Below, piece by piece: positions 28,001 through 36,296 of a stretch of 64,000 bases of DNA; within the stretch, counting starts at the first letter, position 1, and each line of letters begins with the position of its first letter. Position numbers and translations under genes: made by a program. The DNA is from an uncultured Candidatus Saccharibacteria bacterium (lineage in GTDB: Bacteria > Patescibacteriota > UBA1384 > DTJR01), in the NCBI GenBank assembly GCA_964580065.1, contig CAZOJE010000001.1:87717-151716 (forward strand), written 5' to 3'. A model generated the notes under the pieces. The model saw nothing but the letters and a program-made list of their open reading frames with translations. It did no database searches and was not told the origin of the DNA.

Positions 28001-30453
28001 TTGCGGGTTATGATACTTCGGCAAAAGCAAATGAGCTTGAAACGGGCCATTGGTATAATTACGCCCACCCATATTTTGAATGGTCGGGTGCGACTGACGC
28101 TGGTTCGGGCATTTACGGATATTATGTTTATTTTGGCACCAATGTTGATGCTAATCCTGTGGTTAGCGGCTCGCTCGTTACAAGCGCTAGTTATACTTAT
28201 TCAGGAACAGTAGCAAACGGCTCGACATATTATTTGCGTGTAAAGGCGGCCGATTTTGCCCTAAATACCTTTGCTGAAGCAACGACTGCATTTACCTATA
28301 AATACACTAATGATGCTCCAGGAGGCCCAACAATCTCTGGTTGGGACACTTCGGCTAAAGAAAATGCGATTTTAAGTGACGCGTGGTATGGCTATAATGC
28401 ACCGCATTTTGAATGGCTCGGCTCAACCTCTACTTCCGGCATTGCTGGCTATTATGTTTATTTTGGCTCAAACGGATCTGCCAATCCAGAAGTAGATGGG
28501 TCTTGGCAAACATCTACTAGTTACGATGTTTCTTCGCAAATGTCTGCTGGCTCAACTTATTATTTACGTATTCAATCAAAAGATAACGCTAACAATATTT
28601 CGTCTGCGATACAGTTTGTTTACAAATTTGACAACCAGTCGCCCAGTAGTAATCCGACAAGTTTCAAAGGATATAGCGATTCCCAAAAAACTGCTACTTT
28701 GACTTCGGATAACTGGTATAATATCGCTCAACCATATTTTGAATGGGACGGGGCGGTAGATTCCCATTCTGGCATTAAGGGCTATTGGGTTTATTTTGGT
28801 ACTGACGCCGACGCGGTCCCTTCAACGGCTGGAACTTTTCAAACGGCGGTCAGTAAAACTATTAGTCAAACGTTAACTTCTGGAACAACTTATTATTTCA
28901 TTCTCCAGTCTGAAAATAATGCTGGTAATAAAATCGCTCGTACCAGTTATTTCACATATAAGTTTGATAGTGCGGCGCCGACAATGGCAGAGCTGATAAA
29001 TGTTTCGCCGGTAGGTTGTTCGATTCAACCGACTTTTTCGATGAGCTGGGACGCGGCAGTTGATCCGGCGCCGGGTTCAGGATTTAAAACTTATCAATAT
29101 AAAATAGGGTCAACTGGAACAACGCACGACTTATCGGCTGTTTCCATTGACGTGCCTAGCTATCAAGACGGCGATAATGTCTTTTATCTGCGTGGCGTTG
29201 ATAATGCCGGCAATATTTCTAATTGGCAAACGGGTGTGTATTGTTCAACGGGTGTGGCGCATATTATTGACGGGCCAAACGTTAAGGCCGGACCGGCCTC
29301 GTTAACGGTTTCATGGACATCATCAAAACCGACCAAGGGCTCGGTGGTAGTTTATGAGGGAAATGAATACTTAACCGAACAAACTGGCGGGGAATTTGAC
29401 ATCAATCACAATGTCAAAGTGGTTGGTTTGGAACCGGAAAAATCATATCGCTATCAGTTGAAATGGTACGATGCTTCGGGAAATTCGGGCGTTTCTGATT
29501 GGTTTACGACTACTACGACAACAGCGCCGTCTATAGAGAATTTCAATGTTGCGGTTTTATCAACGGATAGAGCAATTTTTAGCTGGAGTACAAGTGAAAA
29601 TGCTACCTCAACCTTAACATATGGTAAAGATATTTTGGACACGACTATTGTTATCGCCGGAACAGCGACTTCATTCAGCCGAGAAATAACTGGCTTAACT
29701 GGCGGAACAACTTATCAGGTGAGAATAAATGCTCGAACAGTTGATGAGTTCCCGTTTTATTATGTTGCAAGCTTTTCAACTCCACCGCTACCAATTATTA
29801 CCGGATTAAAATTTGAACCTGTTAGCGGTCAGGCAGAAACAACGGTGAGCGTTACTTGGGCAACTAATGTCGAAACTACTTCGGCGCTTTTTTACGGGCC
29901 TAAAGGTGAAAACAAAAAAGAAATTTCTTCTATCGAAAAAACAAAAGATCATTCGATGGAAATTAAGGGATTATTAGATTCGACAAGCTATGAAATATAT
30001 GCCGTCGGCACAGACCAATACGGCAATATAGCCCAATCGGAAACTAATACATTTATGACGCCGAATGACACAAGACCACCGAAAATTTCGGCTATCTCTA
30101 CCGAAACATCTAACGTTGGCTTGGATAAGCAAGACCAAGCACAGATTGTCGTTAGCTGGAGAACAGACGAATTGTCAACAAGTTATGTTGAATATGACGA
30201 AGGATTATCAGGGGCAGAATACAAGAACAAAACTTCCGAAAATAAAGCTTTAACGAATAGTCATTTAGTTGTCGTAACCGCTTTAAAACCCGGCCAGCCC
30301 TATCACTTGCGCGTTTCTTCGGCCGATAAAGCGGGCAATTTAGTTTCAAGCGAGGATATAACAATAGTAACCGGAGACGTTCCGAAGTCGGTATTTAGTA
30401 TTCTTATCGGCACTTTGGAAAATATTTTTGGCTGGCTAAGTAGTGCTCTCTGA
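25048..30453 (+). CDS. Giant (1801-aa) cell-surface protein: N-terminal TM/signal, ~12 NHL-type beta-propeller repeats, LamG/ConA-like domain, multiple FN3-like domains, C-terminal TM anchor
   Basis: Repeats of the form Y(I/L)Y(V/I)(A/S)D…N(H/R)R(I/L)(I/V)KTK(I/F)DGTGW; …NVDIQ… LamG-like segment; repeated …YYVYFGT… FN3-like modules; C-terminal hydrophobic SVFSILIGTLENIFGWL. Confidence 0.65.
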   Translation: MNSDKPQDLNQIENKTLFFASRHAAFFRSLGRFVRKGARIGRIKVGPKSVLAVLLVVSIAYILAPFQSKAGYSFQANYDDGSLDAYNALGSRTAGTDTSLPSLNASGYNSTNSLSYSYDGTSTLKYATASNLPTDKGSVEMKFQKSAYGNNADQDKGSMYRPSGIAYDPATQYIYTADRQNHRIIKTKIDGTDWTTFGHYGTGTGEFSYPSDVAIDSSTGFIFVKDSCNGRVVKTKFDGTGWQTLTGFSTTECNTRNLGWYHENEHRIYYDSASEYIYSVSAAGSIVKSKIDGTGRTTLSSFGGHKMPADISGLTYDSASGYLFATTTNGHLVRTKEDGTDWSDVTGLNTTATGSIFYDPVSTYLYIANSNSGQIVKCYYDGSSWQTLGGFSFPTSVFVDTASGMMYVSNSSGHNIIKTADFSTTGWTAYGSYYNNLMKFGGGAGSGYDDNPGVSYDPSTGYLYIADNPRCRIIKTKMDGTGWQAYGTCGSGVGQFKYPSGVFYDSSSGYIYVGDRGNSRLVKTKIDGTGWTALNVSEGFMGIFYDSATDYIYYTDYNYLKKTKIDGTGSGSLAGFNQPINIFYDIASDPSHDGSGDFYIANKGANNIIKTKFNGTGWTAYGTNGSGTGQFSSPKGVSYDSSTGFLYVSDAGNYRMVKTKLDGSWTGWTAYGASGGGTGQFNSNKCLSYDSSSSNLYIYDQNNYRIVKISDSLDGTGWQTTSDYTAKEKILFSAQATDDSRLVYDVASRKLRFYLAYSNKAQFVETPTLNLTDGQWYTVKASFNKAAHTLSIDLDGTNQATATYDSDWGSLSFGTYFYIGARNASTTDRWDGMIDDINVDIQAVDTTDPANPTAAHVYSSSDLQTEYNSGGWGSDNDPYITFSGAADDDSGLKGYYIYFGTSNAADPVTTSGVLESGGAFHYQDHSGADDAVQTVQVPTDALADGSTYYLLIKTQDTDLNVSDNAAGLFTFKSDVTNPSANPSTFAGYDTSAKANELETGHWYNYAHPYFEWSGATDAGSGIYGYYVYFGTNVDANPVVSGSLVTSASYTYSGTVANGSTYYLRVKAADFALNTFAEATTAFTYKYTNDAPGGPTISGWDTSAKENAILSDAWYGYNAPHFEWLGSTSTSGIAGYYVYFGSNGSANPEVDGSWQTSTSYDVSSQMSAGSTYYLRIQSKDNANNISSAIQFVYKFDNQSPSSNPTSFKGYSDSQKTATLTSDNWYNIAQPYFEWDGAVDSHSGIKGYWVYFGTDADAVPSTAGTFQTAVSKTISQTLTSGTTYYFILQSENNAGNKIARTSYFTYKFDSAAPTMAELINVSPVGCSIQPTFSMSWDAAVDPAPGSGFKTYQYKIGSTGTTHDLSAVSIDVPSYQDGDNVFYLRGVDNAGNISNWQTGVYCSTGVAHIIDGPNVKAGPASLTVSWTSSKPTKGSVVVYEGNEYLTEQTGGEFDINHNVKVVGLEPEKSYRYQLKWYDASGNSGVSDWFTTTTTTAPSIENFNVAVLSTDRAIFSWSTSENATSTLTYGKDILDTTIVIAGTATSFSREITGLTGGTTYQVRINARTVDEFPFYYVASFSTPPLPIITGLKFEPVSGQAETTVSVTWATNVETTSALFYGPKGENKKEISSIEKTKDHSMEIKGLLDSTSYEIYAVGTDQYGNIAQSETNTFMTPNDTRPPKISAISTETSNVGLDKQDQAQIVVSWRTDELSTSYVEYDEGLSGAEYKNKTSENKALTNSHLVVVTALKPGQPYHLRVSSADKAGNLVSSEDITIVTGDVPKSVFSILIGTLENIFGWLSSAL

Positions 30454-30464
30454 AGCATATATTT

Positions 30465-31124
30465 ATGAGCGAATCATTAAATATAAATAAAAAAAGAAAT
30501 TTTTGGTTGATGCTGGCGCTAGTTTTAACGATTGGTATTGTGGCGGGCTGGTTTAGCAGAGGATGGGTGAAAGCGAGAGGAGAAGATATTGATTCATCAG
30601 TTTCGGAATCTGCCACAGCCGCTCCAGTCAACCCAATCGTCACTCCTAATTCAAACGAGACAGTAATTGTTTATGGTGGTGAATATGATAATTGGCAGAA
30701 GTTCACTAGCGCGGATTATCCTTTTACATTGAATTATCCTTCTGGCTGGATGCAGGAAGATAGCGGAACAGACGTAATAGAAATAACGACGCCAGACGAA
30801 AAATATCAATTAAAAATTGCTGTAAAAGCGAATTTGGCAAAGGAAAATTTTTCGCCCCTTGATCAGATCGTTAAGGGTGAATTGCAATCGGTTGGTTCGC
30901 TAACCATAGCACAAACGCCGATTGATAAGGAAGGGCTTTTTGTCGATGGTAAATCAAAACAGTATTTTTATGCCCGCGAGGGCAAGGTATTAAAGGGCGA
31001 GAAATATTTATTTTCTGCTACCTTTCTTCCGGTTGACTCAAAAAACATCAAGGATATTGATTTAGAAGCGTTCGATTATCGTGCTTTAGCGGAAAAAACC
31101 TTAAAATCAATCGAGCTTAAATAG
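30465..31124 (+). CDS. Hypothetical membrane-anchored extracytoplasmic protein
   Basis: N-terminal TM FWLMLALVLTIGIVAGWF, then soluble domain; no recognised motifs. Confidence 0.35.
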   Translation: MSESLNINKKRNFWLMLALVLTIGIVAGWFSRGWVKARGEDIDSSVSESATAAPVNPIVTPNSNETVIVYGGEYDNWQKFTSADYPFTLNYPSGWMQEDSGTDVIEITTPDEKYQLKIAVKANLAKENFSPLDQIVKGELQSVGSLTIAQTPIDKEGLFVDGKSKQYFYAREGKVLKGEKYLFSATFLPVDSKNIKDIDLEAFDYRALAEKTLKSIELK

Positions 31125-31126
31125 CG

Positions 31127-31810
31127 CTACTTAAAAAAATCCTGGTCGTAAAGCCAACACCAACCGTTGTCAGTTTGCACGAAATAGGCGGGCCTTTTTT
31201 GATTCTCCGTTTTATTACCGTCGACAAATTTATATATAAAATTAACGGTTAAGACATTATTATAATTTTTCGCCAAAAGCTTTGAATAGTATGAATTTGT
31301 TTGGGCAATTTCGTAAGACACGTCGGCAAGATTTAGGCCAAGCTTTTTGCTTTTAAGCTGCCAGCCGTTGGCTTGCGATAAATAATCCTCTTCCGATATT
31401 TTTGATTTTAATCCATCGTCAATAGATTCATAATTTTTTCTAAAAAGGTTGAGCTTGAGATTGCGGGCAAAATCTTGCAAAAATATCCCCGAACCGTGAT
31501 TGATTGAAATTTCAACATATTTTTTCCGGCCGACTTCAAAGTTTAAAGGTGCAAAAGACTGTTGATCGTTTATTTGAATAGTTTTATTTCGGCTGGGATT
31601 GTATTGGTTGATTGTGAAATTGCCTTTTTCGTCGGGTTTAATTGTCTGATTATTATAAACAAGTTCAATATTTTTACCAATGGCTTGGCCACTATTTGCG
31701 TCAATGATTTTTCCGCTCAAGGAATAGCTTTTAGTACAGAAAAAGTAAACGCATGCGGCACAAACTAAAATTAATTCGACTGTTAAGACAGATTTTGTAA
31801 TTTTTTCCAT
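31127..31810 (-). CDS. Hypothetical membrane protein (start chosen at internal Met to avoid 97-nt overlap)
   Basis: TM segment LTVELILVCAACVYFF; otherwise unrecognised. Confidence 0.3.
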   Translation of the reverse strand: MEKITKSVLTVELILVCAACVYFFCTKSYSLSGKIIDANSGQAIGKNIELVYNNQTIKPDEKGNFTINQYNPSRNKTIQINDQQSFAPLNFEVGRKKYVEISINHGSGIFLQDFARNLKLNLFRKNYESIDDGLKSKISEEDYLSQANGWQLKSKKLGLNLADVSYEIAQTNSYYSKLLAKNYNNVLTVNFIYKFVDGNKTENQKRPAYFVQTDNGWCWLYDQDFFK

Positions 31811-34047
31811 TTTCTCCTTGTGTAAATAACTACTCCTATAAGCGATAGCAAAATTATGGGCAAAACTATTCTTAACCAAATTGGTATGATGTAAATTTTA
31901 GCTCCGTAAATCGGCCCCGAATTTGCCTGATTTTTTTCAATGTTTAAAAGCAGCATGTGCGGTCCGTCGGCAATGGCATCGTCAAATTTAACATTCCATT
32001 TTCCTTGACTGTCGGAAACAGTCTTCTTTTCATATGATTTACTAAAGATCGTAATCGAAACATTTGCGTGAGATGCGGTCGTGCCGCTAACGATCAAGGG
32101 CTTGCCACTAAAAAGAACGATCAGCTTTTCAGGGTTTTTAATCTGGCGATTGTTAATTTTTAAAACAAGTGTATTTTTTTCAATTTTGTTTTTGAAATCA
32201 TTATCAACTTGGTTAATTTTATCCCTTATTTTCGCTAGATTTTCGGGATTTTGGGCGAATTGAGAAATAATATTTTCGGTTAATTCACTGATTGTTTGTG
32301 TGGCGGGACACTCTGCTGATGACGAAGTGGTTGGTGAACATTTTTCGCACGGCTGACAAGTGGCCGATAGGGGATCAACGTCATAAACAACAGCATAAAG
32401 ATCTTCCGGAGATAGTTTGTTGCCAGCATTATCAGCGACATTTATAGAAATAGCTACGGGATTATCGGCACTAAAAGGATTAACGGGCTTAATCTTGATT
32501 AAATAATCCGAAGCATCGCCGCTATAAGTAAAACTGTTTTGTCCAAGCAAAGTGTAGGTGTCTTCGCCGATAACTACTAAAAGGGTGTCTAAATTAACAC
32601 CGACTCCCGTATCGGAAACGTGAAAAGAAATTGTTTCATACGGACTAATATCGTTAGCCCCTTTTGGCGGGTTCCAGCGGTCAACGGTTGGTCCAATAGT
32701 ATCTTCGGTAAAAAAGCTCCAGTTATAATTAGCCATGACATTGGCTGGCGAAGTGTTATCGGCAACATTTTTGACCGTCACCAAAACCTGTTCGCTTTGG
32801 CTGAAATTTTCACTTGGATTGATGACGACGTCATAGGCCCAAATCAGCCCGTTATTAGTTAAACCGGTGCAAACGGTGTTGGTGTCTCCGCATATATAAG
32901 TATGAATTCCCTTTTGGCTAGTAACGTCAACGGAAATTGTGCTTGGGTTAATGCCAACGCCGTGAGTGCCATTTACGGCGACAGAAGTTTTTACATCTTT
33001 TATTTGGAAAGAGATGTTGGTGTCAATATTTTCCGCTGATCCGGTCGGCGAAGCGTTTGTTAAAGTAGGCGCGTCAACATCATTTTCGGTTGTAAAAGTG
33101 AAAGTGACCGGATCCATTGTATTCGGCCCGGCTGGGGATTGGTTTGCTGAAGCTTTATCTTGAGCGTCTTGAATTTTTACGGTGTAGCTTGTTTGGTAAT
33201 TCCAGTTGCGGTTGCCAATATCGGACGGGTTTATTGTCACAAGACAATCATTTGTCGCCCAAAGACCGCTGCAAGAAGTTGTAACCCAGCTATTGCGATT
33301 AACGTTTGCGCCGCCAGATTCTTGAATAAAAATATTAGATGTTGAAATATTAACGCCGGTTTCGTCGTCCTTCAAATGAAAAGTGATATTACTTTCAACC
33401 GGAACATTTTGGGCACCGTCGGCATAATTTAAAGAATCGACATAAGGTTTGTCTGTGTCGGGAAGTAATTGCCAATTAGAATTTTCCACTGAAGACAATA
33501 TATCTTGAGAGTCGCCAGAGCGAACAATATTGCTGTCGATAGTTGAGCCCGATGTGAAATCAATGGTAGTTGAAAGAGAACTGGCCTTTTGGGCAAGCAC
33601 AGTGAAACTAATTGTGCCAAAAACACCTGCTCCGGCATAATTAGCGCCGCTTGTGTTGGCGCCAGTCAACCTAATTACTCCACCGGCGACGGTGTTGCCG
33701 GAATCAGGGTAACTTTCGTATAAAGTGCCGGCGGAAATTTGGGTTCCTGTAACGGCCGGCTTGCTGTCGTTGACTGTAAGGTAATTTGTATCGTAGTTGA
33801 TGATAATGTTGGCGCTTTTAGTGTCGACTGCGCCAGTGGAAATCATAATTTTAGCGTCAAAAGTTTGCCCGACGTAAAATTTATTAAGTGTGCCATTACC
33901 GTCGCCTGAACAATCGCCACCGGTAACGGGGGAGACACAAAGCTCAAAATATGGTGCTGTAGGTGAGGCGGCGCTTGCATATAACGGCATTGCTAAATTA
34001 GCGACGAGCAAAAAAGTTTGCAAAAATATCAAAAATTTAGTTTTCAT
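31783..34047 (-). CDS. Large secreted, C-terminally membrane-anchored surface protein with Ig-like repeats
   Basis: Signal peptide (MKTKFLIFLQTFLLVANLAMPLYASA), beta-rich repeats, C-terminal TM (IVLPIILLSLIGVVIYT) + basic tail. Confidence 0.45.
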   Translation of the reverse strand: MKTKFLIFLQTFLLVANLAMPLYASAASPTAPYFELCVSPVTGGDCSGDGNGTLNKFYVGQTFDAKIMISTGAVDTKSANIIINYDTNYLTVNDSKPAVTGTQISAGTLYESYPDSGNTVAGGVIRLTGANTSGANYAGAGVFGTISFTVLAQKASSLSTTIDFTSGSTIDSNIVRSGDSQDILSSVENSNWQLLPDTDKPYVDSLNYADGAQNVPVESNITFHLKDDETGVNISTSNIFIQESGGANVNRNSWVTTSCSGLWATNDCLVTINPSDIGNRNWNYQTSYTVKIQDAQDKASANQSPAGPNTMDPVTFTFTTENDVDAPTLTNASPTGSAENIDTNISFQIKDVKTSVAVNGTHGVGINPSTISVDVTSQKGIHTYICGDTNTVCTGLTNNGLIWAYDVVINPSENFSQSEQVLVTVKNVADNTSPANVMANYNWSFFTEDTIGPTVDRWNPPKGANDISPYETISFHVSDTGVGVNLDTLLVVIGEDTYTLLGQNSFTYSGDASDYLIKIKPVNPFSADNPVAISINVADNAGNKLSPEDLYAVVYDVDPLSATCQPCEKCSPTTSSSAECPATQTISELTENIISQFAQNPENLAKIRDKINQVDNDFKNKIEKNTLVLKINNRQIKNPEKLIVLFSGKPLIVSGTTASHANVSITIFSKSYEKKTVSDSQGKWNVKFDDAIADGPHMLLLNIEKNQANSGPIYGAKIYIIPIWLRIVLPIILLSLIGVVIYTRRKWKKLQNLS

Positions 34048-34762
34048 TAAAGCCGTCCCCAGTTTTATCCAAATTTTCGATTAAAATCCCTAAATCGACT
34101 GCGTTAACAATGCCATCTTTGTTGACGTCTTGCTTTTCGACAGCGCTTGAAGCGTCTAGCTTTTCGATTTCGATCGCTAAATCAATCGAATTTATAATAT
34201 CGTCACCCCTCTTCCAAGCGTCCTGACTGTCTAAAATATTAACGTCACCAGCAAGCAGATACTCGGTGTCGGCCGAAGAAAAATCGATAAAATTATTGCC
34301 GTTTACGATACTTACGTTTGTTTTCCTTTTGTTGAGATGGGAATATCCTTTGGCATAAATATCATAAGTTCCTTCCGTGATATTGGTGAGCGGTTCGGGA
34401 TTATCATGTAAACCGTTTTGATCTGTATCGAATTGCTGGCTGTAAACTACGCTGCTGGTGCCAGCATTTTTTATTTCAATTACGACGTGGCTGGAGTAGT
34501 TATTGCTTGAAGGGCTTATTTTCTCGGGTATGGCTTTAAAGGTAAAAGAGCTGCCGCCGACATGCACGGAAATTCCTAGTGACCCGTCATCACCTTTGGC
34601 AAGATTTTGATCACAAAAAACACCTAGAGCAACGCCCAAAACCACTAATACAAACGTAATTTTATATTTGCGTGCCAATTTTTCCTTGTATAAATTATAC
34701 CAGAGATTTTTTATGTGTTGTTGGCGATTGGGTCTGTTGCGCGAATATAACTTGTAGCTCAT
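34037..34762 (-). CDS. Membrane-anchored protein with C-terminal dockerin-type Ca-binding repeats
   Basis: Two D-x-N-x-D-G-x-(I/V)-N-x-x-D-like repeats (DVNILDSQDAWKRGDDIINSIDL… and DVNKDGIVNAVDLGILIENL). Confidence 0.5.
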   Translation of the reverse strand: MSYKLYSRNRPNRQQHIKNLWYNLYKEKLARKYKITFVLVVLGVALGVFCDQNLAKGDDGSLGISVHVGGSSFTFKAIPEKISPSSNNYSSHVVIEIKNAGTSSVVYSQQFDTDQNGLHDNPEPLTNITEGTYDIYAKGYSHLNKRKTNVSIVNGNNFIDFSSADTEYLLAGDVNILDSQDAWKRGDDIINSIDLAIEIEKLDASSAVEKQDVNKDGIVNAVDLGILIENLDKTGDGFNEN

Positions 34763-34789
34763 TTAGATTCCTTTTTATCTTGCAGAAGT

Positions 34790-34836
34790 CCAATATGTAT
34801 CGAAACTTATGCGTCTTTCTTCTCTTTAAAAACAAA
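34790..34836 (-). terminator. Rho-independent terminator (minus strand) of the GC-rich two-gene unit
   Basis: Minus-strand reading: GCCCCTGCATGCG…CGTGTGCGGGGGC hairpin followed by TTTTGTTTTT. Confidence 0.5.
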
Positions 34837-34937
34837 AGCCCCCGCACACGTTGGCCAGTGTTGGCTAACGCATGCAGGGGCTTGGTCTTTCGGTTGCAGG
34901 GGATCGGTAACGGCAAAATCCCTGGGAGTTGGTGCTA

Positions 34938-35534
34938 TTACTTGCGACCGAGGATTATCCCCGTATCGCTGCACCACAATTTCCCTACGGATCGGGCCAC
35001 GATAGTGGCTCGAGAGGAGCGGCAGAAGCGGCACGGCACCAGCAACCCCTTTTCGCTATGCAGAAGCGAGTTGGGGTCTGTTGCGGTTACATACTGGAGA
35101 CCACTCTGCTCGAACTCAAGCCACGGCAGCTCGCACGTTAGGAACGGAAAGAGCAGGTGCTCGTATCCACTCTCTTCAACGAGCTGCTTGAGCTCCTCGT
35201 AGTTTTCTACTACTGGGAGGTTGAGCTTCAGGTCAACAAGCCTCCCATTCTCGTCAGTAACTACTTTGAGTTTTCCGTAGTCACCGTCTACCGGGATGTC
35301 GAGCTTCCCGATAGCCACCGGTCTCTTTACAAGGCCTTCCGGCCATGCGGCGAGGCCTTTGCGTGAACGCCATGCGTGGTCAGAGGGGTGAGGAACGAAA
35401 GCGTCTGGCGGTATACTATCACCGCCAAAGGAGTAGCGGATATTTGCCATGATCTTGGCGATCCGATCGGGATCGCCACTCTTCCCGAAGTCGACCCCAA
35501 CTTCTCCTTCCCAGATAATCTTGATCCCGGCCAT
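34938..35534 (-). CDS. Hypothetical protein, compositionally foreign (GC-rich) ORF A
   Basis: 198-aa ORF with G/C-ending codons throughout; no recognisable motif; second gene of a minus-strand pair. Confidence 0.5.
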   Translation of the reverse strand: MAGIKIIWEGEVGVDFGKSGDPDRIAKIMANIRYSFGGDSIPPDAFVPHPSDHAWRSRKGLAAWPEGLVKRPVAIGKLDIPVDGDYGKLKVVTDENGRLVDLKLNLPVVENYEELKQLVEESGYEHLLFPFLTCELPWLEFEQSGLQYVTATDPNSLLHSEKGLLVPCRFCRSSRATIVARSVGKLWCSDTGIILGRK

Positions 35535-35613
35535 ACAAACGTCTCCTTTCTCTTTCCGTCGTTTTTGCAGCCACTGCCGGTCAAACAGGGAACGCTTTCA
35601 TGCGCCTAAGGCA

Positions 35614-36141
35614 TCAAACTCTTCGCGATACTTGTGGGGAGCCAGGCAGGGCGCCGTTGCCGCCCCAGACGCCGGTGGCAAAGTCGAGTCCGAACCCGAA
35701 GTAGACCGGGCCGAGGCCGAGGCAGAACGGGCGGAAGCGGCCGTCGAGCCGCCAGAGCTCTTCGTTGCTCTGGCGCAAGGCGACTAACCACCTCATGCCC
35801 AGCTCGTAGAGCCCGTTGCGGATCTGCTCCGGCTCGTTCTCCGGCAGCGCCAGTGAGGCGATCTCGACCGGCCAGCTGAATCCAATGCCCGAGGCCTCCT
35901 GCTTCTGCCGGCCTTGCGCCGTGTTGAATTCCTGGTGATCCCAGAGAATCGGGAGGGTTGCTGCCTCAACGACTCCGGTCTGACCGCCGTTCCACAACCC
36001 CATCAGCTCTTCCGGCCACTTGGCGATGTCGGGATTGCTTTCGGGCAGTAACCCGACCGCCTGCTTGGGCGTAAGACCGTAATCGATCTTGACGCCCTTC
36101 AGCTGGTAAGCCGGCTGGGGTAAAACCAATCGTGCGCCCAT
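35614..36141 (-). CDS. Hypothetical protein, compositionally foreign (GC-rich) ORF B
   Basis: 175-aa ORF, same strand and composition as ORF A, 79-nt spacer; no recognisable motif. Confidence 0.5.
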   Translation of the reverse strand: MGARLVLPQPAYQLKGVKIDYGLTPKQAVGLLPESNPDIAKWPEELMGLWNGGQTGVVEAATLPILWDHQEFNTAQGRQKQEASGIGFSWPVEIASLALPENEPEQIRNGLYELGMRWLVALRQSNEELWRLDGRFRPFCLGLGPVYFGFGLDFATGVWGGNGALPGSPQVSRRV

Positions 36142-36182
36142 GTGAACCGTCTCTCTTTCGCGAAGCTTTTTTGGGGGCTTTG

Positions 36183-36233
36183 TTGGTAACTGCTTTCAGC
36201 GCACAAATTATTTTCGCTGAAAGCAGTTACCAA
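36183..36233. promoter_or_regulatory. 19-bp perfect inverted repeat (13-nt loop) in the 5' leader of ORF B
   Basis: TTGGTAACTGCTTTCAGCG-cacaaattatttt-CGCTGAAAGCAGTTACCAA; no flanking U-tract on either strand, so not a classic terminator. Confidence 0.4.
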
Positions 36234-36267
36234 TCTATAAGTATTGTAAATGTTCGAATAACAGGAG

Positions 36268-36296
36268 AATGTAGTAAATTGCAGCCTGTTTGTCAA
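36268..36296 (-). promoter_or_regulatory. Candidate sigma70-like promoter for ORF B/ORF A (minus strand)
   Basis: Minus-strand TTGACA-17 nt-TACATT. Confidence 0.3.

Noticed and set aside
35376-35879. Plus-strand ORFs inside the GC-rich island (e.g. 35634..35879 'RRCRPRRRWQSRVRTRSRPGRGRG…', 35449..35787)
   Set aside because: Arg/Pro/Gly-rich low-complexity translations typical of the antisense strand of high-GC coding DNA. They overlap the better-supported minus-strand ORFs A/B.

The other small ORFs in 34672..35609 on both strands (34672..35202, 34695..34916, 34807..35034, 34929..35141, 35157..35366, 35327..35584) are likewise rejected as overlap artefacts.
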